The position numbers were made by a program, and so were the translations under genes. Shown here in pieces: positions 29,102 to 39,567 of a DNA stretch of 64,000 nucleotides. The stretch lies in the NCBI GenBank assembly GCA_024229695.1, contig JAAESD010000232.1:35809-99808 (forward strand), in the 5' to 3' direction. How positions within the stretch are numbered: the first letter of the stretch is position 1; each line of letters starts with the position of its first letter. The notes beneath the pieces were generated by a model. That model did not search any database, was not told the DNA's origin, and worked only from the letters and a program-made list of their open reading frames with translations. This DNA is from a bacterium. Its GTDB lineage: Bacteria; Krumholzibacteriota; Krumholzibacteriia; LZORAL124-64-63.

Positions 29102-31771
29102 ATGACAATGAGAAAACGCTTGGCTGTGTTTTACCTGGTTCTTTTGGTTTTAATTATCGGGTCCCTAATTGGTTGCCGAGCTTTTAATCCAGAAGTGGTT
29201 ATTGTTAATCGTCCACCTGAGACTTTTATTATTGGTGCACCTAATGAGGAAGCAGGTGGCTATTTCCATTACCATTTATTCTGGTATGGTTCTGATGATG
29301 ACGGGCATGTAGAGCGGTTTGTCTGGGCACTGACTGATAGTACCGTTCAGGACGATGAAACAGATGAAGATGAAGAGGATGCAAGATTCAACCCTGCGCT
29401 TCATATCAATACTTTGGATATAGGCCACTGGACTACCAGAACAGACACTATTTTTGATTTCCAGATTGGGTTGGGATCATTGACGTCGGTTGATAAGACT
29501 TTTCATATTGTTGCTGTTGATGATAGAGGAGACTACGATCGAACGCCAGCGCGATTATATTTCCTGATAAATGCGTTAGGATCTCCGTCTATAACTTTCT
29601 TGACTGAAGAATATGGAATTGAAACTGAGTTGCAAGCGGGAGAGGTTGATACTTTCAGTTATGGCAAGCCATATGCTTTGAGCTGGACGGGAGAGACTCC
29701 TAACATTCGTTCTTTCACTGATGAGTTACTTGCTGAGCGAGATACTGTTTTTTCTATTGACCCTGATACCGGTGAACCTGTTTATGATGGACTGCTTGGC
29801 TTTAAGTATAAAATTTCACTTGCTGATTGTGATGATGCTATCGAGGATTGCTGGAATCCACGCCAGTTTGATGATGCTGTGAATGACAGTGTCAGCTTCT
29901 TTGGTGGAGTGACTCGCGTTGATTTTACAAACGATGGATCAGGTGCAGGGCTTTTCAACAGGGTAATCGCCAGTGGAACTCATACCTTACTTGTAAATTC
30001 AATTGATGTTGCAGGTGTAGAAGTATCAGCTATAGATAGAAGGCAATATTTTGTTGTGAACTATGATCCAGATACACATCTGGTTCTTGAAAGTGACCCT
30101 GCTGCCCTGCAGGATCCATTTGGAAATGATGGTCTGACTTATCCTTATTACACAGTATGGACAGCTGAAGCTACAGGTCTGGTTGAATCTGATCCTGTAT
30201 CCTTTTCCTCAGGGGAGAGACTACCTCATCGGGCAAAGGTTGTTTTTAAGATTCTGGGTTGGGATGATGCAAGAGATCTCAGACTGTTGGATAACCCGGA
30301 CAATCAAGTTGATTCAGGAGTAACTTTTCAATCTAAAATTGAAGGTGTTGCCTTTTTCACTGGCACAACTTCAAGTTACAGATTTAGAACGCAGTACAAT
30401 GATTTGACCTGGACTCCAGACTGGAATGATTATAATACTGTTTCGGCAGACACAATCAGTTTTTTAACAGGTCCTGCCGAGTTTGAATTCAGGGCCCGGT
30501 CAGTTGATGAACACACCCGTCGAGATAACAGCTTCAGCAATATTGAGTTTTCAGCTAACTTTGAGCCATCTATTACCTTTATAGAAACTGTTGTCAACAG
30601 TGAATCCAGTTATCAGATTGGTGATGAGATTCCAAGTGAGCCGGATACTTTGTGGTGCAGCTTTTTTAATGCTCCAAGTCCCTTGCCTGGTGAAGACTGG
30701 AAACATCTGAATTTTGTTACCACTCCTCAAACTTGTTGGGTCAATCCTGTGTCAGGTTCTACTACTTTTCAGGAACCAAATAATTTAGATGGTTTGCTGG
30801 TAATCCCTGGTAACTTCTATGAATATGAACTTTACTTCACTGGTGATGATAATCAGTTGGAGAAACGTTTCAGTGCTGACAGAGCGCCACATCAGGTTAA
30901 TAACAATCCCATTGATCGTGCTCCTTCATGGAGGTTTGAAGTAAGATCTGAACATGATCCTGATAACGTTTTGAATGACGGTGGATTGATTGATAATATT
31001 ACGGCTGTTACCACGGAAGCAGAAAATTGGACACATGTTGATGATAATCCACGTGTTCCAATTGTTATTGATGAAGACGGCGTTTGGCGTGCTCGTATAG
31101 ATGTTTTTGTACCTAATATTCTGGCTGCTACTAGTCCATATTACTTTGCTGGTTATTATTTACCTACATTAACGGATAATCATGGTAATTACCTTGTGCC
31201 AGCACCCTGGATTGCAGATTCAGACGCAAGTGATTGGTCTTATGACCAAGGTCTGCGGCAAATGACAATTTATGCTCCAGAGAGAGAGCAATTCCTTAAC
31301 CGTCAATTGCCTCTGGCTGTTCAAGCAGGAACAGGTTCCGGCGATGATTATGAGCAGATGTATATTTGGGATTTTGAGTCTGTTGTAGATAATGGTGATA
31401 GTGTAGTCCTTACCTCAGCAGTGGATCTTGAAATCGGTCCAGAGGGTCTGGATGGGATGACATTACAGCTCAGAGATGACACTTTTGCTTGGTCGGTTGT
31501 TCCACTTACTACTCCACAGTTGGGCTTGAATACTGTATCTGCGGTAATGCGTGATGCAACTACAATGGATGCCAATCCCAACAGGTGCCGATATGTATAT
31601 TACACAGCTCTTCGAGTACCGGAGTTCCATGGCGATTCTGGATCGGAACCGTATCCAGGTTTTGCTGAAAAACTAAAATTGCATCAATTCTGTCTGGAAA
31701 GTGAATTAGTTGAAAAACAGTTCTACATGTGCTTTGTTGGCAATGACTTTATATATCCACCTAGGCCTTAA
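29102..31771 (+). CDS. Large hypothetical lipoprotein that is a paralogue of the next gene and contains repeated modules with a W-G-D-DG motif
   Basis: A lipoprotein-type signal (MTMRKRLAVFYLVLLVLIIGSLIGC) is present. The segment HYHLFWYGSDDDGHVERFVWAL aligns with SFSWTGIDPDGEIVGYYWKI in the downstream gene. The ORF extends back to 29024 (TTG). Confidence 0.65.
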   Translation: MTMRKRLAVFYLVLLVLIIGSLIGCRAFNPEVVIVNRPPETFIIGAPNEEAGGYFHYHLFWYGSDDDGHVERFVWALTDSTVQDDETDEDEEDARFNPALHINTLDIGHWTTRTDTIFDFQIGLGSLTSVDKTFHIVAVDDRGDYDRTPARLYFLINALGSPSITFLTEEYGIETELQAGEVDTFSYGKPYALSWTGETPNIRSFTDELLAERDTVFSIDPDTGEPVYDGLLGFKYKISLADCDDAIEDCWNPRQFDDAVNDSVSFFGGVTRVDFTNDGSGAGLFNRVIASGTHTLLVNSIDVAGVEVSAIDRRQYFVVNYDPDTHLVLESDPAALQDPFGNDGLTYPYYTVWTAEATGLVESDPVSFSSGERLPHRAKVVFKILGWDDARDLRLLDNPDNQVDSGVTFQSKIEGVAFFTGTTSSYRFRTQYNDLTWTPDWNDYNTVSADTISFLTGPAEFEFRARSVDEHTRRDNSFSNIEFSANFEPSITFIETVVNSESSYQIGDEIPSEPDTLWCSFFNAPSPLPGEDWKHLNFVTTPQTCWVNPVSGSTTFQEPNNLDGLLVIPGNFYEYELYFTGDDNQLEKRFSADRAPHQVNNNPIDRAPSWRFEVRSEHDPDNVLNDGGLIDNITAVTTEAENWTHVDDNPRVPIVIDEDGVWRARIDVFVPNILAATSPYYFAGYYLPTLTDNHGNYLVPAPWIADSDASDWSYDQGLRQMTIYAPEREQFLNRQLPLAVQAGTGSGDDYEQMYIWDFESVVDNGDSVVLTSAVDLEIGPEGLDGMTLQLRDDTFAWSVVPLTTPQLGLNTVSAVMRDATTMDANPNRCRYVYYTALRVPEFHGDSGSEPYPGFAEKLKLHQFCLESELVEKQFYMCFVGNDFIYPPRP

Positions 31772-31806
31772 TTGGTCAAAGTTGGTTTGTCTACAGGAGG
31801 TTGGGT

Positions 31807-34326
31807 TTGTTAATCAGAAATAGGTATGCAGTAGCTGTGCCACTGATTGTCTTATTGAGTGTGATGGCCATGATGTATGGTTGTTCTCCAAGTGATCAGC
31901 TTGGTGGGGCTGAACTGAATAATGCCTTGCCAGATACAAGAATTACAGGTACTCCGCCGGTTCTTCGGGAGACAGATTTTATTGTCAGCTTCAGTTGGAC
32001 AGGCATAGATCCAGATGGTGAAATAGTTGGTTACTATTGGAAGATTGCCAACAACGGCATTGACGGGTTGGGCGTACTGGATACACTCACAATAGATCCA
32101 GCAACCGGTGATACTTTAAATCCATGGTTTTATACAGAAGCAACAGATACAACCTTTATTGTCTTAGCCCGTGAGCTTGGATTTGAAGGAGATTCATGGT
32201 TGCCTGAAAACGAGCAACGCTTTTACGAGCATCATTCACTTTTCATAAAGGCTGAAGACAATGATGGCGGGCTTGATCCAACCCCTGCCCACATAACTTT
32301 TACTGCTACAACACTTGCTCCATCCATAACATTAACCAGTCCTTCTACCTGGACCGGACAAGACTATTCTGTTTCCAGCCCTACTACTGTATCTTTACAG
32401 TGGGCCGGGGTTGATCCTGATTTCGAATTAGGTGTTCCTATTAAGGTCAGGTACCTGAATAAAAGAGCTATCGGTCCGGATGGTAATTACGTTACTACCA
32501 GTTATGGATTCTATCAAAACGTTGATTTTCTGGTAGATTTTAATGACTCATTATGGAGTGACTGGGTTAGATATGGTGATGATCCCGAGGATCGTATTTA
32601 TACAAAAGCAGATATCCAGATAAGAGATGATGATGGTGAAAGAATTGCCTATCTCTTTGCACTTCAGGCACAAGACACTGCTGGAGCTGTAAGCCAGGAC
32701 AGGATTTATAATAGAACTGTATATAATTTTAAAGTTAGTGAAGGTCAATCCCCATCACTTAACGTTAGAGAACGGTATCTTGGTGCAAGAGATTATTCTG
32801 GCGTAAATGGGGTTGCAAGATTTGATATCGCAAAGAATCAGCCTCTTGAGTTTAGTTGGTATGCCTCTGCTGAACATTACGGTGGGGAAGTTATTGCTTA
32901 TCGTTATGGGTGGGATGTTGAAGATCCAAACAACGAAGAAGATCCGGGCTGGTCAGTTTCCTGGGGTAATACAGCTTTACACAAAAAGGCACCAATTAGG
33001 TCTTTTTCAAACTCCACGCACAGTCTTATTGTCCAAGCAATTGATAACTCGGGGTTGATTACCAGAGCGACATACTATGTGGCAGTTGTACCTGTGCCAG
33101 ATCCAGCTGCCCAGTTCCCGTTGCTACTTATTGACGATGTAGTAGATCACAATACAAATGCCTGGCCTACTCCTGGAGGCGCTTCTCAATACGAAGACAT
33201 CAAGCGTGATGGGTTCTGGGATGAAGTTCTGGCTGGTCAGGGCGGAGTTTCCGGATATGAGCCAGCAGTTCATTCAATAGATGTTGAATCGAACAGTTTA
33301 TTTGGTTACCGAGATGCGGTTAACTACAGAGTTTTACTTTGGACAACTGCTTACGGTTCACGTTATGTGACTGACTTGTTTGCTGGAACGTCCCAGTATG
33401 TCTGGCTGGCAGCCTATCAACAAAGTGTTGGAAACTTGTTTATGGCAGGAGCAAGTTCCATGTATAACTTTTCAAAGGAGCCTGGAGACACACGATCTTG
33501 GGCAATGCCAATTATTTATAACACTTCCGATGAAACAGTGACTTGTGAGAATGTGCGTTTGATTGGATATGGCACTCGTGAAGAAGAAGGTACCGGGGAA
33601 ATAATTAGAGTTGGAACAGAGCTCTATCCGTATAGAACCAACGGGATGTCTGTCATTGACTTGCTGTCCCCTTCTTTCATATATGAATGCTATTACAGTG
33701 GTGACAGAAAGTCTTCGTGTGTTGGAACCAGGGCAATTACAATTGACCAGGATTTCAAGGATAACTACGTCGACTTCGGGGCATTTCCAGATACAATTGA
33801 AGTCTCACACGATATTATTTGGTGGGATTTTGAACCAGACCTTAATTATGGCGAGGAAATTCCCTCCGTCAACAAACCATACTTGCTTGGCGCTAGTGAT
33901 GAGTTTTATGACATCAATGTGACAGCAAGACCAACACCATGGTCTCCACAATTAATGCCAGATGGCAGTTTGGCTGTAGAGCCAATGTGGCGCCTTTATA
34001 CTCGCTATGACTGGATAATGAACCAACATATTCTTCCAGATTCAGCTGGGGTAATAATAGACTTTGCATATCCTACATTTGCTCCTTCAGACACATGTGG
34101 TGACATTGCATTTGAATTTGGTGGGGAGTATGCCGGTGGTGCTCATGAATATACCAAATTAAATCAGGTACCTCTTGGAGTCTTCGTCTGGCAAACAACC
34201 GAGTCCAAGCCTGGTGGCAAGCCTGATGTGTTATGGGGCTTTGACCCATATGCATTTGATAGAGATCCTATAAAACAAGCCATTCGCTGGGTTCTTCTGG
34301 ACCATTTTGAGCTTGATAGTAATTAG
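31807..34326 (+). CDS. Large hypothetical lipoprotein that is a paralogue of the previous gene and contains at least three modules with a W-x-G-x-DPD-G-x-I/V...Y-x-W motif
   Basis: The SD sequence aggagg lies before the TTG at 31807. The signal peptide is MLIRNRYAVAVPLIVLLSVMAMMYGC. The modules are SFSWTGIDPDGEIVGYYWK, SLQWAGVDPDFELGVPIKVRY and EFSWYASAEHYGGEVIAYRYGWD. Confidence 0.65.
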   Translation: MLIRNRYAVAVPLIVLLSVMAMMYGCSPSDQLGGAELNNALPDTRITGTPPVLRETDFIVSFSWTGIDPDGEIVGYYWKIANNGIDGLGVLDTLTIDPATGDTLNPWFYTEATDTTFIVLARELGFEGDSWLPENEQRFYEHHSLFIKAEDNDGGLDPTPAHITFTATTLAPSITLTSPSTWTGQDYSVSSPTTVSLQWAGVDPDFELGVPIKVRYLNKRAIGPDGNYVTTSYGFYQNVDFLVDFNDSLWSDWVRYGDDPEDRIYTKADIQIRDDDGERIAYLFALQAQDTAGAVSQDRIYNRTVYNFKVSEGQSPSLNVRERYLGARDYSGVNGVARFDIAKNQPLEFSWYASAEHYGGEVIAYRYGWDVEDPNNEEDPGWSVSWGNTALHKKAPIRSFSNSTHSLIVQAIDNSGLITRATYYVAVVPVPDPAAQFPLLLIDDVVDHNTNAWPTPGGASQYEDIKRDGFWDEVLAGQGGVSGYEPAVHSIDVESNSLFGYRDAVNYRVLLWTTAYGSRYVTDLFAGTSQYVWLAAYQQSVGNLFMAGASSMYNFSKEPGDTRSWAMPIIYNTSDETVTCENVRLIGYGTREEEGTGEIIRVGTELYPYRTNGMSVIDLLSPSFIYECYYSGDRKSSCVGTRAITIDQDFKDNYVDFGAFPDTIEVSHDIIWWDFEPDLNYGEEIPSVNKPYLLGASDEFYDINVTARPTPWSPQLMPDGSLAVEPMWRLYTRYDWIMNQHILPDSAGVIIDFAYPTFAPSDTCGDIAFEFGGEYAGGAHEYTKLNQVPLGVFVWQTTESKPGGKPDVLWGFDPYAFDRDPIKQAIRWVLLDHFELDSN

Positions 34327-34393
34327 AAATAGCAGGTGGCACATCTTTGTGATGGTGCCGCCTCTGTAAAATGTTCCGAAAGGTGGACTGGCT

Positions 34394-36736
34394 GTGAAAT
34401 TTTGGCCAAACCGTTTGTACGCAGGTATCCATGCACTATTACTGATTACTATATTATCAGGAGTTTTTTCAGTACCTGTTTACGCACAGGATGATGCCTG
34501 CATGGGTGATGATTTGAGAGTACTATCACCATCTTCTGTTGATGTACAATTATCGCTTGAAGGCAGGTTTGGTGCAGTTGTGACCTGGCCGGAGGTGCCA
34601 GATGATATTTCTACGTGTTCAAGCTCAGTAAATTTAGTTGATGTCGATTTTGATATCGACCTTACAGGAGCATTTGCAGATATTGTTGACAGGGAACTGA
34701 ATTTTTATGTTGAAGCTCCTGGAATTATTGGCAGCCAGACGGATAACAGAGTTGTTTTAGCATGGAGCAATGCAAATCAGGAAGCCACCGGCTCAGTCAT
34801 TGGTGAGATAAATCTTTCCAATAGTGGCGGGGCTTATTATTACGATGCAGGATCTTCTCAATGGCTGCAATACAATACAAATTTGCCAATGAATCTTCCT
34901 TATACTGATTTAGGTGCGTTTTCAGCAGCAGTTGGTGCTCAAGAAAAAGTCTTCGCACAAATCTCTTCAAGTGAGTTCTTCTTCGGTTTGTGGATGAGTA
35001 CTACAGATGAAAATGGGGCTAATTGGAGCAGAATTGCCGAGACTCAATTTCCTGATGGACGATTGAATGATTTTGAAGTTTTATGCTCAAGTTTTTCACC
35101 TGATAATTCAAATACCCTGGTTCTTGGAACAAGTAATGAAGGACTCTGGTTAAGCGTAGATGATGGATCTTCTTTCACTCAAGTTGTCGATGGTTTTGAG
35201 GATATTACAAATTGGTCAAATAAACCTGTAACAAGCATTAACTGGGTAGACTCATCACATCTTTATATTGCTGTTAAAAATGCTGGTGTGTACCTGTCAT
35301 CGGATTCTGGTGCATCGTTCAACTCTATTGGCTTGAATGTTGATCTTGTCGGAAACCCTGGCTCCGCTGGTACTGCTGCCTATACAGTAAACCAGATATT
35401 TATTGATGAGGCTGATGTTAATCATATTTACCTTGCTGTTGAAGATTACTGCTTGTATGAAACAACTGATGCTGGAGATTCATGGATCTGGCCAGCTCAA
35501 TCACTGGTTCTTGATGGATCAACTCTAATTCCGGTTAATGGACTAACAATTGTTGTTGATGACAGTTCTGTCATTGTTGGAACGGAGACCAGCGGTATTT
35601 TCAGGACTTCTGATTCTGGTGAAACATGGACTAATGACACAGAGATACTATTTGCTGAAGATACACCAGAGATACTGAATATTATTAATGACCAAAGCCA
35701 ATCCAGACTGCTTGCAATTGCCGATCAATATGGACTTTTAGAGTGTGCGTACGGCGATGATCAATGGGTTGCTCCTTTGGTAGATTTACCCGGAAACACG
35801 GATTGCTCAAAACTGGCAATATCCAGTAATTCGATACTTTGGGTCGCAACTGAAAGAGGTGGTATATTCCAGCCAGATTCATCTCTGTCACTATCTAGCA
35901 CAATCTATAAATCAAGAACTGAAGTGGGCTATCAAGATCTGGAATTTGGAATTAACCTTCTTATCGGTGAAGGTACGCTTTTAGAAACTACAGCATTCGA
36001 CCTGATTTTCCAGGATTTTCAAGGCTATGCTGTTTGGCGGAGTCAGTTTGGTAGCATGGAAGACATGCAACTTATTGGCCTCTATGATAAAAACAATCCA
36101 GAGACATGTATGCTTGATTATTGTGGATATGAAAATTATCCAGTAGAGCCAGAGTGTTGGGCTGAAAAGAGGTCCGCATGTTATGACTTCAGTACTCCTG
36201 GGATGGTAACATTTTTTGATGATGGTATTTTTAACAGCTTCATTTATTATTATGCAGTTTCAACATTTGATTCTGGTAATACAGCTACTATTTCAGGGCC
36301 TGCAATTACCAATGACCCCCTGTATTCACCTCGGTTTCCAAATGATCCATTGATACCGCTTGATGAATTTGGTGATCCAATACTTGTTGGCGATGGGAAC
36401 ATTGTCCGATTTGATGCCAACAGAGACGCCATGAGTGTTGATAGTGAAGAAGCTGTTTATGCATACCCAAATCCGCTTCGGCTTGAAGCTGGATTCCCTG
36501 AAGCACCTGGCGAATTAGTTACTTTTACAAACCTACCCGCAGGTTCCAGAGTAATGGTTTTCACAGTTTCCGGGGATATTGTTGCTGATTTAACTCCTGA
36601 TTTACAGGAGGGACGAAATATTAAATGGTTTACGAGAAATGATTCAGATGAATTGCTTGCATCAGGTGTTTATATTTATAAAGTCGAATCACCTGGCCGT
36701 GAGGACTATTTCAGCAAGATAATTATTATCAGGTAA
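34394..36736 (+). CDS. Secreted BNR/Asp-box repeat protein (sortilin/Ycf48-like beta-propeller repeats) with a T9SS C-terminal sorting domain
   Basis: The signal peptide ends at VPVYA|QDD. Asp-box-like SxDxGxTW motifs include SDSGETWTN, TDAGDSWIW, SDSGASFNS and VDDGSSFTQ. The C-terminus AYPNPLRLEAG...GVYIYKVESPGREDYFSKIIIIR is a T9SS sorting domain. The GTG start carries the SD sequence aaaggtgg. Confidence 0.75.
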   Translation: MKFWPNRLYAGIHALLLITILSGVFSVPVYAQDDACMGDDLRVLSPSSVDVQLSLEGRFGAVVTWPEVPDDISTCSSSVNLVDVDFDIDLTGAFADIVDRELNFYVEAPGIIGSQTDNRVVLAWSNANQEATGSVIGEINLSNSGGAYYYDAGSSQWLQYNTNLPMNLPYTDLGAFSAAVGAQEKVFAQISSSEFFFGLWMSTTDENGANWSRIAETQFPDGRLNDFEVLCSSFSPDNSNTLVLGTSNEGLWLSVDDGSSFTQVVDGFEDITNWSNKPVTSINWVDSSHLYIAVKNAGVYLSSDSGASFNSIGLNVDLVGNPGSAGTAAYTVNQIFIDEADVNHIYLAVEDYCLYETTDAGDSWIWPAQSLVLDGSTLIPVNGLTIVVDDSSVIVGTETSGIFRTSDSGETWTNDTEILFAEDTPEILNIINDQSQSRLLAIADQYGLLECAYGDDQWVAPLVDLPGNTDCSKLAISSNSILWVATERGGIFQPDSSLSLSSTIYKSRTEVGYQDLEFGINLLIGEGTLLETTAFDLIFQDFQGYAVWRSQFGSMEDMQLIGLYDKNNPETCMLDYCGYENYPVEPECWAEKRSACYDFSTPGMVTFFDDGIFNSFIYYYAVSTFDSGNTATISGPAITNDPLYSPRFPNDPLIPLDEFGDPILVGDGNIVRFDANRDAMSVDSEEAVYAYPNPLRLEAGFPEAPGELVTFTNLPAGSRVMVFTVSGDIVADLTPDLQEGRNIKWFTRNDSDELLASGVYIYKVESPGREDYFSKIIIIR

Positions 36737-36779
36737 TTCCGAACTCCGGTTGAATTTACGGAGTCTATTGGCTAAATTT

Positions 36780-36812
36780 GAGCCCGGCATTTATGTCGGG
36801 CTCATTTTATTT
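36780..36812 (+). terminator. Probable rho-independent terminator
   Basis: The stem gagcccggcat / atgtcgggctc has one mismatch and is followed by ATTTTATTT. Confidence 0.5.
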
Positions 36813-36882
36813 CAAATAGACGAAAGCGTCTTTTGTCAGTCTAGAAAATGTTATGAACAAGGTCAACAATGGAGGCAACCTC

Positions 36883-39567
36883 ATGGCCGAGAAGCAAGTT
36901 TATTTTTTTGGTAAAGACGAAACTGAAGGTAATGGAAAGCAGAAAGCTCTGTTAGGTGGAAAAGGTGCCAATCTTGCTGAGATGGCCAGCCTGGGTATTC
37001 CTGTTCCTCCGGGTTTCACAATCACAACTGATTACTGTATCAGCTATCTGAAAGATAGAAAAATTTCTGATGACTTGAAAAATGAAGTTGCACAAGCAAT
37101 CTCAAAAGTTGAGAAAGTTATGGGAAAAAAATATGCTGATAAGGATGACCCGCTGTTACTCTCTTGTCGCAGTGGTGCTAAAGTTTCAATGCCTGGCATG
37201 ATGGATACTGTTCTGAACATTGGGCTGAATGATGAAACTGTACTTGGTCTGGTAAAGCAAAGTGGCAATGAAGAATTCGCCTATGACTGTTACCGTCGAT
37301 TAGTCCAAATGTACTGTGATGTTGTGATGGGTGTTGATGGTGAAAAATTTGAAGATGCAATCGATGCATTAAAATCAGATGTTGGCGTAAAGCTTGACTC
37401 TGAATTTAGCGCAGATCATTTGCGAACTCTTATTTCTACATTCAAAAGTATAACAAAAGAAGAATGTGGAATAGAATTCCCGACGGATCCAGTTGAGCAG
37501 CTATGGGGCAGTGTTGAAGCTGTATTTCGTAGTTGGGATACGCCAAGAGCAATTACCTATCGTGAAATGAACAGGTTCCCACATGATATGGGTACTGCTG
37601 TAAACGTTCAGGCAATGGTCTTTGGTAATATGGGTGAAAACTCTGCAACTGGTGTTGCTTTTACAAGGGATCCATCAACTGGTGAAGACTTCTTCTACGG
37701 TGAGTTTCTTGTCAATGCACAGGGCGAAGATGTTGTTGCTGGAACCAGAACGCCACAATCATTGAATAATGATGGCCGGCACAGGCTTCCTGATGGCAGC
37801 CCTGCAAAAGACATGGAAACCCTGGAAGAAATTATGCCGGAAGCATACAAAGAACTTGCAGATATCAGAGATACATTGGAAAAACATTACTCTGAAATGC
37901 AGGATGTAGAGTTCACAATTCAAGATGGCAGACTATGGATGCTCCAGACAAGAACTGGTAAGCGTACCGGTATATCAGCATTGAGAATTGCTGTTGAAAT
38001 GTATAACCAGAAATTGATGACTCTTGATCAGGCTTTAATGTCTGTTGACCCGGAGATGCACCTGGACCAGATGCTTCATGAGCAGATTGATCCGGATGCT
38101 GAGCTTGAAGTATTGGGACTGGGACTTCCTGCTTCACCTGGAGCAGCTTGTGGAGAAATAGTCTTTACTGCTGAAGCTGCTGTTATTGCTGCTGCTGGCA
38201 AAGATGTTGTATTGGTCAGGAAAGAGACAAGCCCTGAAGATATCGATGGCATGAACTCAGCTACTGGTATTCTAACTGCTCGTGGTGGTATGACCAGCCA
38301 TGCTGCTGTTGTTGCTCGTGGCATGGGTAAGCCATGTGTTGCTGGCTGTGGTGAGCTTATTGTGAATTCTGCTGCAGGTACAATGGAAATTGGCGGCAAA
38401 ACTTTCAAGGCTGGCGATGAGATTTCTCTTAACGGTACTAAGGGTCATGTAATTAATGGACTGGCTCCACTTGTAGCGCCAAATCTTGAAGACCATAATC
38501 TCACTACTTTAATGGGCTGGGCTGATGAGATTCGTCGAATGAAAGTTAGAACAAATGCTGATTCACCTGATGATGCTAAGCAAGCAATCAAATTTGGTGC
38601 TCAAGGTATTGGACTAACCAGAACAGAACACATGTTCTTTGGTGATGAACGTATTTCAAAAATGCGTGAAATGATTCTTGCAGAAAATGTTGAAGGCAGG
38701 ATTAAGGCACTAGCTCATATACTGCCAATGCAGCAGGCTGATTTTGAGGGTATTTTCCGCGCAATGAACGGATTCCCTGTAACTATTCGTTTGCTTGATC
38801 CACCACTACATGAATTCCTGCCAACTTCAGATATGACTGAGAAGATTAAGTCATTGGCTGGTGAATTGAATGTTTCTTACGATCATCTTGTACAGCGTAT
38901 TGATGCTCTTCATGAGTCAAATCCTATGCTGGGTCATCGTGGTTGTCGTCTTGGATTGACATATCCTGAGATTTATGAAACTCAAGTTGAAGCAATCATC
39001 AGAGCAGCACTTGTTGTTAAAGGTGAGGGTGTAGACGTTCAGCCGGAAATAATGATACCACTGGTTGGTACTGTGAAGGAACTTGCTAATCTGAGAACGA
39101 TGGCAGTTGAGTTGGCTGATAAGTTGATTAAAGATTCTGGAACCGATCTTTCTTACCTTGTAGGAACAATGATTGAAATTCCAAGAGCCGCTTTGCTTGC
39201 TGATCAAGTTGCAGAGCATGCAGATTTCTTTAGTTTTGGCACTAATGACTTGACCCAGATGACATTTGGATATAGTCGTGACGATACCAAGGATTTTGTT
39301 GATAATTATATCAGAAAAGGCATTCTGCCTTCTGATCCATTCCAGCAGCTGGATCAAACCGGTGTTGGACAGTTAGTTGAAATGGCTTGTCAAAAGGGTC
39401 GCACAACTAATGGCGATATACACCTGGGAATCTGTGGTGAGCATGGTGGAGATCCAAGCTCAGTCGATTTCTGTCATCGTGTAGGATTGGATTATGTAAG
39501 TTGTTCACCGTTCCGTGTTCCAATTGCTCGTTTGGCAGCTGCTCAGGCAGTAATCAGGAATCGGTAG
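36883..39567 (+). CDS. ppdK: Pyruvate, phosphate dikinase
   Basis: An ATP-grasp N-terminus, the phosphohistidine motif GGMTSHAAVVARGMGKPCVAG and a PEP-utilising C-terminal TIM domain are present. The SD sequence ggagg lies before the ATG at 36883; the ORF extends back to 36853. Confidence 0.9.
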   Translation: MAEKQVYFFGKDETEGNGKQKALLGGKGANLAEMASLGIPVPPGFTITTDYCISYLKDRKISDDLKNEVAQAISKVEKVMGKKYADKDDPLLLSCRSGAKVSMPGMMDTVLNIGLNDETVLGLVKQSGNEEFAYDCYRRLVQMYCDVVMGVDGEKFEDAIDALKSDVGVKLDSEFSADHLRTLISTFKSITKEECGIEFPTDPVEQLWGSVEAVFRSWDTPRAITYREMNRFPHDMGTAVNVQAMVFGNMGENSATGVAFTRDPSTGEDFFYGEFLVNAQGEDVVAGTRTPQSLNNDGRHRLPDGSPAKDMETLEEIMPEAYKELADIRDTLEKHYSEMQDVEFTIQDGRLWMLQTRTGKRTGISALRIAVEMYNQKLMTLDQALMSVDPEMHLDQMLHEQIDPDAELEVLGLGLPASPGAACGEIVFTAEAAVIAAAGKDVVLVRKETSPEDIDGMNSATGILTARGGMTSHAAVVARGMGKPCVAGCGELIVNSAAGTMEIGGKTFKAGDEISLNGTKGHVINGLAPLVAPNLEDHNLTTLMGWADEIRRMKVRTNADSPDDAKQAIKFGAQGIGLTRTEHMFFGDERISKMREMILAENVEGRIKALAHILPMQQADFEGIFRAMNGFPVTIRLLDPPLHEFLPTSDMTEKIKSLAGELNVSYDHLVQRIDALHESNPMLGHRGCRLGLTYPEIYETQVEAIIRAALVVKGEGVDVQPEIMIPLVGTVKELANLRTMAVELADKLIKDSGTDLSYLVGTMIEIPRAALLADQVAEHADFFSFGTNDLTQMTFGYSRDDTKDFVDNYIRKGILPSDPFQQLDQTGVGQLVEMACQKGRTTNGDIHLGICGEHGGDPSSVDFCHRVGLDYVSCSPFRVPIARLAAAQAVIRNR

